Source: Tubulanus polymorphus
Lineage: Eukaryota; Animalia; Nemertea
DNA: 64,000 nt
Assembly (NCBI RefSeq): GCF_964204645.1
Contig: NC_134036.1
Coordinates: 6,292,600-6,356,599, forward strand
Reading direction: 5' to 3'
A program made the translations under genes and the position numbers. Positions 36,420 through 50,160 of this stretch are shown here, in pieces. Below the pieces are notes generated by a model that saw only the letters and a list, made by a program, of their open reading frames with translations, was not told the DNA's origin and made no database searches. How positions within the stretch are numbered: the first letter of the stretch is position 1; every line of letters starts with the position of its first letter.

Positions 36420-38012
36420 ACGTCGGTGATGATCAGTTTTTATAATTGGATATACTTATGCCAATTCGGGATCCGATTATGAAACTCAACAACAGTCCGG
36501 TTACTGACTGACTAAGGCTCGAATTAAATTTATACTTGTAACTTAGTCGTCAAACCCCGTGTTATAGTTAGACTCACTAAAATTGAGAGTAAATAAATAA
36601 ATGATCGGCTTGTTCACTGTATATGATAAAAAGTGACATGGATCAAAACAACAAACTAGCACTAACAGATTTAGGTCCCTTGTGAGCTTATTACACAGAC
36701 AGATAGAGAAATGTGACAACGACGTAAAACTGATCGGCAATCGTTTTCCATAGAAAAATGAGAAATCGCGTATCAAGATAAACCAATTTTCCCCCTACGA
36801 AGTACGGTGGACATAATGAAGAAGCATGGGTACGGTAGAATCAACTGGCTACAATTTTTGATAATTTTTGAGCACAAGAAATCGATCGGTTCTGGTAGGA
36901 TTTCCAATAACGCATAAAAATGAAATCTTTCTACAGAACACGATTGTAATTAAGCAGGGTCAACTATGGTGATAAACATGACCACATGTATCACTCGCAG
37001 TTTTTAGTTCTTTAAAAGTTGAACTCGGAGGCTGAAGGGCGATCCATGTGACGTCATCGTCATTTTTACAAACGAGGCCAGTCATCAAATAGTAGAATGG
37101 GAAAAAATCTATAGAGATTTTTCTCATTTTCTGCCTGTACTTCTTAAAAGCTTTGAGCGGATGGACGAAACGTTCCACATTAATTCTAACAGCTATTTCC
37201 CTGCGGTTAAAAATCAGCTGCGAATGTCCAGTGGATTAAACGACGATAAATCTACTCATCAGAAATGTCTGTGTGGAGCATCATGGATTATTTCGAAATG
37301 TCCAGTGTCAAAAGTGTTTATTCAATCGGCCAGGCGGAATTGGCAGAAATCAGTTCCTGGTGATGATGAGATGGTGAGGAATGACAAATCTGAGAAAAAA
37401 AACAATTTAGAATGATTCTATGTTTAATCAAGTAAAGGTGAGATACCTGAGATACCTGAGGGCAATGGCCTTCACGCCCCCCTCTCCGATAAGTGGTTGC
37501 GAGCCCGAGATGTAAATGGACACAAACCCAATATTGATGGGCAATTGTGCGCCATTTCATTACCCAATATACTACTTAGGACACCGCAAGTGGAGAGTTT
37601 ACACCAGGGCTACAGCTTTTAGGTCGTTTGGCAGTTGCTCCTACATGGACTCAACACAAAACGTCCGTCAGTCATATTCCCAAATTGTCCCGGCGCGGAG
37701 GGAGGGGAAGTGAGCATAAGTTCTCAGCTTCGTCTATCCGGAAAAATAAGCAGCATCTTTTGAAAATGTATTCATCATCATCATTATCGATGCATTATAA
37801 AATCCGTGCGCAAAGCTATTAGTTTATATCTAAAACGTTGTAAATGCATCGAATCAAAGGAAGTCCGATTTAAACATATAATTTCAATATTCAAATGTTT
37901 TAGAAAATATGTGCGATATTAGGGGTATGCAGGTTTCATGACATTAGCAATTTACAATAGCATAGCTGTCATATACGGCTCCGCGTCCATTGATGGCATG
38001 TGTATAAGGTGA

Positions 38013-38350
38013 CAATTCAATTCAATACTTTATTGATCCTTATTACATTGAAATTCCGGGATAAAATTTAAAAAACTTACAAATTTTTAAATAAGAAAAT
38101 ACAAAATACAAGACACACGGTAAATTCATACAGTATAACATGAATAAGTTCTTTAAATGACAATGTCTACTTCAACCCAGACTCAAGTCTAGGATATCGA
38201 GTGACAGCCAAACCGGGCCCCAGGACCGGGCCGGCTGGCTACACGATGTGCTCAACGTCATGATGAGGCAAACATCCGAAGAACTCTTTCTTCAACCATG
38301 GAGGCAATGAAGTTGCAGACCAGCTTACAGGCAAAAGTGAATCGAAGTCG
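38013..38350 (-). mobile_element. Probable truncated LINE 3' end
   Basis: Minus strand ends GGATCAATAAAGTATTGAATTGAATTG (polyA signal plus short-repeat tail), preceded by decayed coding-like sequence. Confidence 0.3.
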
Positions 38351-39139
38351 GTCACAAGTTGACAATTTTTTTAAAATTAGACCAGTTGAAGACTGTATCA
38401 TCTACCCAATCGCCAAATCTCATAATTCCCCAAATTTCTTATAACTTCGATTTCAAATTTGCAATTCCACATTAGCTTCTCCCAGAAATTCTACATTTTT
38501 CGCAGGCATCAAATAATTTATTAAAGTTAATTTTCTTGTTTAGAACTACCCTTTGTAGTAACCACAATCTCCGAACCAGGAAGCGTACATTTGATAACAT
38601 GAGCCATTACGTGAAATAGTCATAACCGTCATTAGATATTCTATTCGCTATAACCAGGTTTAATCGACTTTGACCGATCAGGACTTTGAAATATAGGTCT
38701 ATTTACAAAATGAAGCGATCAAGTCACCGTAACGAATGTAGAACACGACTAACTAATAAAATCGATATTTGGCTCTCATTTGAGATTCACAAAAAGTAAA
38801 TTATATTTTATATTCAAAAATACCGACGAATAATTCTGTCGTTGTTGGATGATGAATTTTTTAAAGATTAATCGCATCCGATTGAATTTAAAATTCTATA
38901 AAAACTAATCTTAAAAACTGTTCGATTGAGAATGGTTGCAATAAATCGTTACAAGATGCGACAACCCTTCGCAATCCTTCGCTCAACTCCCCATTCGTTT
39001 GGTACTTTTAAGTGCATAGTCCGCTTCCTTCATTAATTATTTGATCTCCTCTCAGGTATAATAGGACGGTCCCATGGTCCCTCAGTCATGTACTGCAGAG
39101 CGATTCGTTAGATTGGTTATAGAAACGATCTGAAATTCT

Positions 39140-39512
39140 AAGCAATGACTGTGCAACTGTCCTCAGAATGATCCAGGATGATATGATATTGAAAACCCCA
39201 GACAAATTGACTATAGTGGAATTTACAAGTGGTTGATGATAGTGATGTTTATTTGTGTTATATTTTCTTTTTACAATATTAGATCATAATTAAATACATT
39301 ATTATAATAATTCAAATAATAACTAATATCTATATTGTAAGCAATGACTGTGCAACTGTCCTCAGAATGATCCAGGATGATATGATATAGAAACCCCAGA
39401 CAAATTGACTTTAGTGGAATTTACAAGTGATATTTATTTGTGTTGTATTTTCTTTTTACAATATTAGATCATAATTAAATACATTATCATAATAATTCAA
39501 ATAATAATTAAT
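39140..39512. repeat. ~199-bp direct tandem duplication (unit 1 only)
   Basis: AAGCAATGACTGTGCAACTGTCCTCAGAATGATCCAGG at 39140 and 39339. Confidence 0.9.
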
Positions 39513-39980
39513 ATTTTGTCAAATAGGGAAGTTTTCAGTTACCAGGCACCATTTTAAGGCGGTCTCGCGGGTCCCGTATTGTTGGACAGATTTTAACATT
39601 TTCTAAACTAAAATTTTAGCGCGGTTTATTGTCGTCCATTCCTCTTTTGGCTCATAGTTTAAACTTATGAATCGTTAGAAAGGTGACAATTTTCTGATGG
39701 TGTTAAATTCATTTTTCATTTTAAAAAATATACGTCACTTTTAGGGATAAAAACTGTTTTGAGATACAATGTAGAGTTTTTCATTGAAGATAAAGTTTTA
39801 TCTAAGGATTTGGTTGATACTGCTTTCGTAAAAAATATATTCATAGAAACGCGCGTGGCCACCGGTTGAGTCAAGAGCAAAGCGCACGCGAGTGGTTTAC
39901 CGTCGATTTTCTGCATACGCGTATTACGCTATTTTTATGGCAATTTTCTAGATTTTAAATATTTTCTAGATTAAAATCAG

Positions 39981-40088
39981 GGGCAGGTTGCATAGTCATG
40001 GGTTAGACTTAAGACCAGTCTAAAACCAACTAAGTTCTATAGCCAATCCAACAACTTAAGACCAGTCTCACGGCTGTGCAGCTGGCCC
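39981..40088. mobile_element. 108-bp PIF/Harbinger-type MITE, TSD CAG
   Basis: CAG|GGGCAGGTTGCATAG...CTGTGCAGCTGGCCC|CAG. The paralogous empty site TTAAAATCAGATACT is at 45171-45185. Confidence 0.85.
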
Positions 40089-40190
40089 CAGATACTATGC
40101 ATTAGGATTGGACCTAGTCCAGAAAGAAATGTCAAGAAACTTGTCTCATCTGACCTCGAATGTTCAATCGTCGAGCGTTAAACATCGGAC

Positions 40191-40238
40191 CATGGACGTA
40201 TAAACTAGTTTAGTTTATATCTAGTTTATACGTCAATG
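40191..40238. mobile_element. 48-bp hairpin MITE with 7-bp TSD ATCGGAC (P-superfamily-like CAT...ATG ends)
   Basis: ATCGGAC|CATGGACGTATAAACTAG...CTAGTTTATACGTCAATG|ATCGGAC. The empty site AACATGGGACCGAGC is at ~45270. Confidence 0.8.
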
Positions 40239-40419
40239 ATCGGACCGAGCTCAGTGTCGATCAGAGAATAGCGGATAACTGCTTCTAGGTGACACGACAC
40301 AAAGACGCAGTCTCTCAATAAAATCAAGGCAATTTGATACTACGTATCTATGTCCCCGCGATAGCCAGTAGGGAATGAATGACCCCTGAAGACACTGATC
40401 TTTGGTATAGAAAAATGAT

Positions 40420-40820
40420 GAGTGAATCCAGGGATAACCATACTATGAAATATCATTTTCCTGCTATGAATGGTCATTTAAGAATTGAGTTTACAGGGTT
40501 TTAGGGAAAAGACGTCTACCAACCTTGACCTTTGACCCTAGAACTCCAAAATCACTAATGCACATCCTCTCCCCAGGGGTAATCATACTATGAAATATCA
40601 TAGTCCTGCTATCGACGGTTCATCAATCACGTTCACAAAGTTTCATGTGAACGACGTGTAGTGACCTTGACCTTTGGCCCTTGGACCCCAGATTTAATAG
40701 GGCACATCCTCTCCCTAAGGGTAATCATACTACGTAATATCATAGTCCTGCTATCGACGGTTCTTCTTGAATGACGTTCACAAGGTTTCACATGAATGAC
40801 GTGTAGTGACCTTGATCTTT
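40420..40820. repeat. ~142-bp tandem repeat (GACCTTGACCTTTGACCC type), possibly Helitron-associated
   Basis: CACATCCTCTCCC..GGGTAATCATACTA at 40561 and 40703, partial copy at ~40430; absent from unit 2. Confidence 0.65.
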
Positions 40821-41545
40821 ACGAATGCACTCGTGCGCGCTTTGCGCTTGACTGAACCGGTGGCCACGCGCGTTTCTATGAAGATATTTTTACGAATGCA
40901 GTATAAACAAAATCCTCAGATAAACCTCTATCTTCAATGAAAAATTCTACATTGTATCTCAAACCATGAAAAAGTTAATGTCAATAACACAAAATTAGCA
41001 GTCTTTTTGAGGCGCATTCCTTAAAGTGACGTTTATTTTTTAAACTGTAACTGTATACGATTGTTGCAGCCGAGAAAAATAAAATAAACGCCATCAGAAA
41101 ATATAAATTGTCACCTTTCTAACGATTCATAAGTTTTAATTTTGTGCCAAAAGAGGGATGGACTACAATTAATCGCGCTAAAAGTTTTAGTTTAAAAATG
41201 TTAAAGTCTTTCCAACAATGTGGGACCCGCGGGACCGCCTCAAAATGGCGCCTGGTAACTGGAAACTTCCCTATTGTTTTCTTTTGCGATACAATCATAA
41301 TTGATTACATTCTCACAATAATTCTAATAGAAATTACTTTTTTCGTCAAATTTTTTCTTCTTAACTTTTAGTCTTTTTTTTTCTTTTACGATATACTACG
41401 TAATAGAATGAATGACAGTCTCATTCCATAAACAGGTCATAAAAAGATACATTCTTTCACTTTTAAAAAATCCACATATTTTTACTATCTATGGATTGAA
41501 TCCCGAATGAAACGTGTTATATCGTGTTTGATTAAAACCGGGTTT

Positions 41546-43721
41546 CTATTGTGTACGAGTGAGTACAGTGTTTATATGGTGAACTTGCAGTGAGTGCTGG
41601 TTATTGCTGATATCGCAGTGACAGATAACTACAGTGTTACTGCCACATACTTTATGTATCTCACATGTCGCACTGTCTGTAGAGTTCAATAATATACGCG
41701 GGTGATCTATGAACCCCTCATCATTATATCCCATACTAATCACGACTCCTCTGTTAGACATAGAGTTTACCGACAGTAATACATGTTTGTCATTGATAAC
41801 ACACGGGTGTCCCACAAATGGATTGAATGTTAGTCCGCAATCTTTCACATCGATGAAACTGATCAATTCCGCATCAGCTGTTAGATAGAGTAATCTGTAT
41901 GATTTATTACAATATACAAACATGCGTCCCCGTGCGTCGACATCTAAACAGTTGATAGATTTGTACTCTCCGTCCGGGAGCTGATATTTCTTACCTCGGT
42001 TTCTATCAATCAGACTATTTACAGGGTTTTCTAGTAAACGTAAAACATGAACCTCTCTAAATGACTGTATGTAGATATTGTGACCGCGGATGACTAGTGT
42101 TCCACATCCAGATAGAAGAATATCAGTGATTTCTTCCTCTAACACTTTGTCCTGATCTTTATATTTTCTCAGGCAGAATTTCTCGTTTTTAATCACGAGC
42201 ACAAACAGGTGATCGTTACTATCAGTATCGAGTCCCAGTACACAATCACCACCATCACATTTTACATATCTCTTCATTACATTATTATCATCCATGTAAT
42301 ATACACCACTGGACTCCCCGTACTGCGCGCATATTATACGTGGCTGTCGACCAGTCTGCTCACCAGGTAATGACGTCCCTAGACTGGGTCTGAAGTCTGT
42401 CTGAACCTGTTTACTGATCGTTAATGAATCAATGACGACACCAATCAAACTCTCCACTTCATCCACTCTCCTTTTGACGTCATCAGTAGATCTCTCCACT
42501 TTATCCATTCTCCCTATGACATCACTAATAGTTTTCCCTGTGACGTCATCGATAGCGTTGTTCAGTTTAACTTCTAATGCTGCAAGTTGTTGCTTAATAC
42601 AGAACCGGTTCAGTCTCTCTTCAAGTTGTTGTTCAGTACAGAACCGGTTCAGCCTCTCTTCAAGTTGTTGCTCAGTACAGAACCGATTCAGCCTCTCTTC
42701 AAGTTGTTGCTCAGTACAGAACCGATTCAGCCTCTCATCAAGATGTTGCTCAGTACAGCATCGGTTCAGTCTCTCTTCAAGTTGTTGCTCAGTACAGAAC
42801 CGGTTCAGCCTCTCTTCAAGATGTTGCTCAGTACAGCATCGGTTCAGTCTTTCTTCAAGTTGTTGCTCAGTACAGAACCGGTTCAGCCTCTCTTCAAGAT
42901 GTTGCTCAGTACAGCATCGGTTCAGTCTCTCTTCAAGTTGTTGTTCAGTACAGAACCGATTCAGCCTCTCTTCAACTGTGCCTATTGTGCGTTTCAATTG
43001 AGAGAATTTATTCTCTAAATTACCTTGTAACCGTTTGACATTGTCAATTAGGTAATGATGACGTTGATCAATGTTTGATTGAACTGTTCGCGCTTCACTG
43101 ATCGGTACAGTGTTCACTCTAAACACGTATTCGTTCCCGTGACGACTAGCACCGATCACAAGACCCGAGCCTATTGATTGCGGTGATCGTTGAAGTCGCG
43201 ATTTGTAGATTTCACACATTTCTTCATTTTCACATTTAACGATAAAGACGTGATTCTGAGGTTGATGATTGAACGGAATGGAATGATTCGGTATCTCCAC
43301 ACGAGGGGGCGCATCTCTCCATTCCAATTTCACCTGAAATAGAAAATGACATTTTTATTTGACTGTCACCTCGCCGTGGTCACCCGTCTAGTATCACACG
43401 CGGGTGATGATGAAAATGAAGATGAAAATGACAGATTCTTACCTCATCAAACGGCATCATCTGCACTGCTATTGCGTGACTAGTAAAGATGGTGTTTAGT
43501 TTTTGTTCAATAGCAGCCTCTAATTCTTCACACCACAGAGTTATATCAAGTTGTAATGAATTTCCATCCGCAGTTATTCGATCAGATTCCAAATTAAACA
43601 ACGGCTGATAAAAGTAATTTTGTATCGTTCTGTACTCATTATCCTGATCGGACCAAACGTTAACGCGACGTCCTTTGAAAGAAACTGAAATCTCGAAACG
43701 ATCCGGATTACTTGTAGCCAT
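41546..43721 (-). CDS. 688-aa protein: unassigned N-terminal domain, coiled coil with ten 13-aa repeats, and C-terminal NHL-like beta-propeller; join(complement 43443..43721, 41546..43333)
   Basis: ATG at 43721 (MATSNPDRF, conserved in the paralogue). A 109-bp phase-0 intron GAG|GTAAGA...TTTCAG|GTG joins the two ORFs. Blades such as VLGLDTDSNDHLFV and INCLDVDARGRMFV resemble NHL repeats. Confidence 0.8.
42587..42976 (-). repeat. Coding minisatellite, 10 x 39 bp (LEERLNR[F/C]CTEQ[Q/H])
   Basis: Exactly 390 bp; the paralogue has 3 units. Confidence 0.95.
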
Positions 43722-44652
43722 GTTGACCCTCATTAATTAACACCGGAAATGAACTGAATGCGGTTTGGGCGTAGAACAGTCAGGTGATATTAGTCCAAGG
43801 GTTCTGGTTTGCCTTCTCTTAATAGTAACTGTACAAAAGACGGGCGCGGCAAGAACCAGTTCTTACGCCATTTTACCGTTTGATAAATAGGTCGTCGTCA
43901 ATAGATACAGACATAATACAAACAATCAGGTTTCTGATTGCCGATTGCCGATTGTCGACTTCGGAAAATTACTTCGCGTGCCTCCTTCTATCGATCTGCG
44001 CGTATTAATACTTTTCTCAGTTGAAATGTTGGACCACAGATCTACTTTTACATGTTCTGGAGTTGAGCCAATTGACTTTGACCGATCAGGACTTTGAAAT
44101 ATAGGTCTATTTACAAAATGAAGCGATCAAGTCACCGTAACGACTGTAGAACACGACTAACTAATAAAATCGATATTTGGCTCTCATTTGAGATTCACAA
44201 AAAGTAAATTATATTTTATATTCAAAAATACCAACGAATAATTTTGTCATTGTTTGATGATAAATTTCTTAAAGATTAATAGCATCCGATTGAATTTAAA
44301 ATTCTAGAAAAACTAATTATCAAAACTGTTCGATCGGAATTGTTGCAATAAATCGTTACAAGATGCGACAACCCTTCGCAATCCTTCGCTCAACTCCTCA
44401 TTCGTCTGGTACTTTTAAGTGGACGGTCTATAAGTCCGCTTCCTTCATTAATTATTTGATCTCCTCTCAGGTATAATAGGGCGGTGACATGGTCCCTCAG
44501 TCCTGTATTGCAGGGCGATTCGTCAGATTGGATATAGAAACGATGTGAAATTCTAAGCAATGACTGTACAACTGTCCTCAGGATAATCCAGGATGATATG
44601 ATATAGAAAACCCCAGAAAACTAACTCTAGTGGAATTTACAAGTGGTTGATG

Positions 44653-45967
44653 AATAGCGAAGTTTTCAGTTACCAGGCACCATTTTGAGGCGGTCCCGCG
44701 GTCGCGCATTGTTGGACAGATTTTAACATTTCTTAAACTAAAACTTTTAGCGCGATTAATTGTCGTCCATCCCTCTTTTGGCACAAAATTAAAACTTATG
44801 AATCGTTAGTAAGGTGACAATTTCTTTGTTTTGATGGTGTTTATTTTATTTTTCTCGGCTGCAACAATCGAACACAGTTACAGTTTAAAAAAAGATACGT
44901 CACTTTTAGGGAGGCGACTCAAAAAATTGGTAATTTTGTGTTATTGACTGTAACTTTTTCATATTTAGAGATAAAATGTAGAATTTTTCATTGAAGACAA
45001 AGTTTTATCTGAGGATTTGGTTGATACTGCATTCGTAACAATATGTTCATAGAAACGCGCGTGGGCACCGGTTGAGTCAAGAGCAAAGCGCGCACGAGTG
45101 GTTGACCGTTCTGTATACGCGTATTACGCTATTTTCATGGAAATTTTCTAGATTCTAAATATTTTCAAGATTAAAATCAGATACTATTCGTTAGGATTGG
45201 ACCTAGTCCAGAAAGAAATGTCAAGAAACTTGTCTTATCCGACCTAGAATGTTCAATCGTCGAACGTTAAACATGGGACCGAGCGCAGTGTCGATCAGAG
45301 AATAGAGGATAACACTGCTAGGTGACACGACAAAGATGCAGTCTTTCAATAAAAACAAGCGGTCGTTGTGAACATCAAACATCGTTGCAAATCTAATTAC
45401 GCTGGGGAGACACCAAGTACCCTTAATTCAACATGGAAACAATCAAAGGATGATTCTAATAAAAAAAATCTTTAGAATTGTAAAAATTTCCATGAAATTG
45501 GCTTAGAACGGGTATGCAGAAAATCGACGGTCAACAACTCGTGCGCACTATGCGCTTGACTGAACCGGTGGCCACGCGCGTTTCTATGAAGATATACTTA
45601 CGAATGATGTATCAACAAAATCCTCAGATAAAACTCTATCTTCAATGAAAAATTCTACATTGTATCTCAAACCATGAAAAAGTTACAGTCAATAACACAA
45701 AATTACCAATCTTTTTGAGGCGCATTCATTAACGTGACGTATATTATTAAACTGTAACTGTATTCGATTGTTGCAGCCGAGAAAAATAAAATAAACGCTA
45801 TCAGAAAATAGGAATTGTCACCTTTCTAACGATTCATAAGTTTTAATTTTGTGCCATAAGAGGGATGGACGACAATTAATCGCGCTAAAAGTTTTAGTTT
45901 AAAAAATGTTAAAATCTTTCCAACAATGCGGGACCGCCTCAAAATGGCGCCTGGTAACTTCCCTATT
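44653..45967. mobile_element. Second copy of the long-TIR element, lacking the nested insertions
   Basis: AATAGCGAAGTTTTCAGTTACCAGG ... CCTGGTAACTTCCCTATT; same position relative to the downstream gene as in unit 1. Confidence 0.85.
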
Positions 45968-46234
45968 GTTTTCTTTTGCGATACAATCATAATTGATTAC
46001 ATTCTCACAACAATTCTAATAGTAATGACTTCTTTCGTCAAATTCTTTCTTCTTAACTTTTAGTGTTTTTTTTCTTTTATGATATATTACATAATAGAAT
46101 GAATGAAATTCACATTCCATAAAAAGGTCATAAAAAGATACATTATCTCACTTTTAGAAAATCCACATATTTCAACTATGTATGGATTGAATCCTTGATG
46201 AAACGTGTTATATCATGTTTGATTAAAACTGGTT

Positions 46235-48189
46235 TTATGCTGCACGAGTGAGTACAGTGTTTATATTATAAACTGTCAGTGAGTCCAGTTCATTGCTGTT
46301 ATCCCAGTTATGGATAACTACAGTGTTACTGTCACACACTTTATATATCTCACATGTCATACTGTCTGTAGAGTTCAATACTATACGCGGGTGATCTATA
46401 AACCCCTCATTATTATATCTCATACTAATCACGACTCCTTTGTTACCAGTCCCAGAGTTTACCGATAGTAATACATGTTTATCATTGATAACACACGGTT
46501 GTCCCACAAGTGGGTTAAATGTTAGTCCGCAAACTCCCACATTGATAAAACTGACGAGCTCCGCATCAGCTGTTAGATAGAGTAATCTATCTGATTTATC
46601 ACAGTATACAAACATGCGTCCCCGTGTGTCGACATCTAAACATTTGATATTACGATATTCTCCATCCGGGAGCTGATATTTTTTCACACGGTTTCTATCA
46701 ATCAAACTGTTTACAGGGTTTTCTAGTAAACGTAAAAACACGAACGTCTCTACCTGACTGGATGTAGATATTGTCACCGCGAATTAGTAGGCCTCCATAT
46801 CCAGACACAATATCAGTGACATGTTCCTCCAACACTTTGTCCTGATCTTTATATTTTCTCAGGTAGTATTTCTCGTTTTTAATCAAGAGCACAAACAGGT
46901 GACCGTTACTATCAGTATCGAGTCCTCGCACACAATCACCATCCTCATAAACTATATATCTCTTCATTACGTTATCATCCATGTAATATATATCACTGAT
47001 CTCCCCCCAACTCACGCACTACGCCCATATTATACGTGACTGTTGACCCGTCTACTCACCAGGTAATGACGTCACTAGGTCAAGTGAGAAGCCTGTCTGA
47101 ACTTGTTTACTGATCGTTAATGAATCAATGACGACACCAATCGAATTCTCCACTTCATCCACTCTCCCTATGACGTCATAAGTAGATCTCTCCACTTTAT
47201 CAATTCTCCCTATGACGTCATCAGTAGAACTCTCCACTTTATCAACTCTCCATATGACATCACTGATAGTTCTCCCTGTGACGTCATCGATAGCGTTGTT
47301 CAGTTTAACTTCTAATGCTGCAAGTTGTTGTACAGAACAGAACCGGTTCAGCCTCTCTTCAAATTGATGTTCAGTACAGAACCGGTTCAGCCTCTCTTCA
47401 AGTTGTTGTTCAGTACAGCACCGGTTCAGCCTCTCTGCAACTGTGTCTATAGTGCGTTTCAATTGAGAGAATTGATTTTTTAAATTATCATGAAACAGTT
47501 TGACATTGTCAATTAGGGGATTAAGACGTTGATCAATGTCTGGTTGAACTGTTCGCGCTTCACTGATCGGTACAGTGTTCACTCTAAACACGTATTCGTT
47601 TCCGTGACGACTAGCACCGATCACAAGACCCGAACCTATTGATTGCGGAGATTGTTGAAGTCGCGATTTGTAGATTTCAGACATTTCTTTTCATTTTCAC
47701 ATTTAACGATAAACACGTGATTCTGAGGTTGATGATTGAACGGGATTGGATGAGGCGGTATCTCCACACCAGAGGGTGCATCTCTCCATTCTAATTTCAC
47801 CTGAAATATAAACCGATTTTTTCTATATGACTCTCACCTCGCAGTGGTCACCCGTCTAGTATCACACGCGGATGATGGTGAAACTGAAGATGACATTAAC
47901 AGATTCTTACTTCATCAAACGGCATCATCTGCACTGCTATAACGTGACCTGTATAGATGGTTTTTAGTTCGTGTTTAATAGCAGCCTCTAATTCTTCACA
48001 CCACAGAGTTATATGAAGTTGTAATATATTTTCATCTGCAGTTATTCGATCCGATTCCAAATTAAACAACGGCTGATAGAAGTAATTTTGTATCGTTCTG
48101 TACTCATTATCCTGATCGGACCAAACGTTAACGCGACGCCCTTTGAAAGGTACAGAAATCTCGAAACGATCAGGATTACTTGTAGCCAT
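46235..48189 (-). pseudogene. Disrupted paralogue of the coiled-coil/beta-propeller gene
   Basis: Same intron (47801-47910). Lesions: +2 frameshift near 47690, CAG>TAG at 47052-47054, and a further frameshift near 46735. Confidence 0.8.
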
Positions 48190-49739
48190 GTTGACCGTCA
48201 GTAATTAACACCAGCAATGAACTGAACGCGGTTTGGGCGTAGAATAGTCAGGTGATTTTGTCCCAGGGTCTGATTCTAATCGCGGTGACCGGTATTTGAA
48301 TTACGGACCTGATTATCAGATTTAGTAACACAGTTTAATGTCTCTGATAAATATCATAGACACATATAAAATGGTTTCTCTATGAACTAGATAATCTCAG
48401 TAATCAACACAGGTGTTTTATAAGAACAGTTGTGATATGTCCAGGGTCTGAATCTAATCGGTCTTTAGACCCCTCTTCGGATCTCCTGACGCAGTTTGTT
48501 TGTCGAAATACTTTGAACAGACACAAATAAAATTGATAACAAGAGTTCCAAGTTCACCGTGCCCACTTGGAAAGTCGTCTGAAGTTTCGAGCCCCTTTCC
48601 TAACTACCGATATGTCCATGGGAACTAGGACTAGTATCTGAACGCCTCGGCGGAGCCACTCCCAGAAGTCGCCAAACTCAGGCCAAGAAAACCATCAACT
48701 GACATCCGTATGACCCGTACTTTCCTGTTCCAAATCATACAGTCGGGCTCTGAGCTATCAGTCGGGTGGACGGCCGTAAAGGTTCCTGTCCGTGGGGTTC
48801 GAATCCCGGTGCAGCTTGAATGTTGTCAGTTTAGATGTAAACGGAACGCTTTAAACGCGTTTGAAACTCACTTTTAATTTTCCCCTGAAGATAAATTCCA
48901 GTCGCGATGGAAAGTTTGGACGCAGACGCCGCGGTTAAAAACGGGAGACATTTGATGAATCAAATTTGAATAAGACAAGCGTCAAGTGATGAATTAACAT
49001 TTTGGATCATTTTTCAAATTATCTATACGCAAAACTTTGTTATCACGAATTTCTTTCAACGACTTTTACGAATATGTCTAGAATCAAGTGCGCGATTGTG
49101 AGTGTGTAATTGAACTATGGAACATTAATGTATAAATGTCTCGAACGGTTGAACCGGTTATGAGCGGGCGACATAATCTGTTTTACATTTCATCATCAGG
49201 TTTATGGAATAAATCAATAAACGTCTCAAACTTAAATCTTTTAAAACTGAATCAACATCATCGGACGACTCTGACCAACCGTTTCTGCGATGCTCCGTGG
49301 GGACAGGTGGTTGTTGTAATCTCCTAACAGATGTTGAATATGTTTCAGGAGAAGCGCTTTCTGCCGAGACATCGATTACCGTGTTGTGACACGCAGAGGG
49401 CATATTCCTTCTGGCTCCTCTTCTGGCAGACGTAGAATGTGGCCAAGGTTTCATGGCTGTCTAGATCGAACTTGCTCGATCAGCAGCCCCTTTTTAGTCA
49501 CCTCGTGGGCCTGGTCATTTGATATTGCAACAATACAATGTAAATTTAGTTTGTCAAACTCGAAGTATCGACTGAACTCAAACACAATTTACTGGTCACA
49601 AGTTAATTCCAGTTAAGCGGCGTGCTAGGGGGTCTACTTTATCTGTGTTTGTTGTAACGAGGTTCTATCCTTTTGAATAACCTTAAACCCCACCTAACCT
49701 AAGTTACCTATGAAACAAACAGTTGAAATGTTTACTCAC

Positions 49740-50160
49740 CAATTCAGGAATGGATTTTCACCACGGGTACATTTTCCCGGGAGATGTAACATCCAAGTTA
49801 ACAGTACTCACTTTCCTGAAGTCGTCAATATCAGACCAGGTTGGTTTAAAGTCCACTATGTATCGTTTTGGTATAGTCAGTACGCAATGATGTATGTCAG
49901 CAATCAGTTCTTGAGGAAGAAGGGATGTATCTGAAAAATGAAACGCAAAAATCAACTAGAAAATAGACCTGTTGATTTAACGCAATACGTGTACATTCTA
50001 TTACCCAGTAATAAACAATTTACAACAAATCTACTCTCTCACCACAAATATATTTCAGTGTAGAGCATCATGGATTATCTAGAAAGGTCTCGAATCAGTT
50101 TTAGTTTCGTCAACCTTCAGGTATCGGCAACATTCAGATCACGTGTAGGAAAGGCTGCAT
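49740..50160 (-). other. Two tandem exon-like modules (49740-49930, 50043-50160) with duplicated upstream intron sequence; inverted copy from 50438 (+)
   Basis: Minus-strand TTTCAG|AT acceptors and G|GTGAG donors. GTAGAGCATCATGGATTAT is shared with 31242 and 37274; CCGATACCTG.AGGTTGACGA is shared with 50478. Confidence 0.4.

Larger units (their letters stand above)
39522..41275. mobile_element. Long-TIR (~400 bp arms) non-autonomous element with AATAGGG...CCCTATT ends
   Basis: AATAGGGAAGTTTTCAGTTACCAGGCACCATTTT at the left and AAAATGGCGCCTGGTAACTGGAAACTTCCCTATT at the right. Inverted homology extends to ~39895/40828. Confidence 0.85.
38666..43800. repeat. Tandem segmental duplication, unit 1
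   Basis: Begins GACTTTGACCGATCAGGACTTTGAAATATAGG, identical to 44074; colinear through the MITE and gene to GTCAGGTGAT (43780/48247). Confidence 0.92.
44074..48270. repeat. Tandem segmental duplication, unit 2
   Basis: Colinear with 38666-43800. Confidence 0.92.

Noticed and set aside
42432-43018. Plus-strand repetitive ORFs of 189 and 143 aa
   Set aside because: They are antisense to the 39-bp coding repeat of the minus-strand gene.
47052-47062. G|GTGAGT at the premature stop of paralogue 2 as a rescuing splice donor
   Set aside because: The intact paralogue reads through this site as coding sequence, and independent frameshifts flank it.
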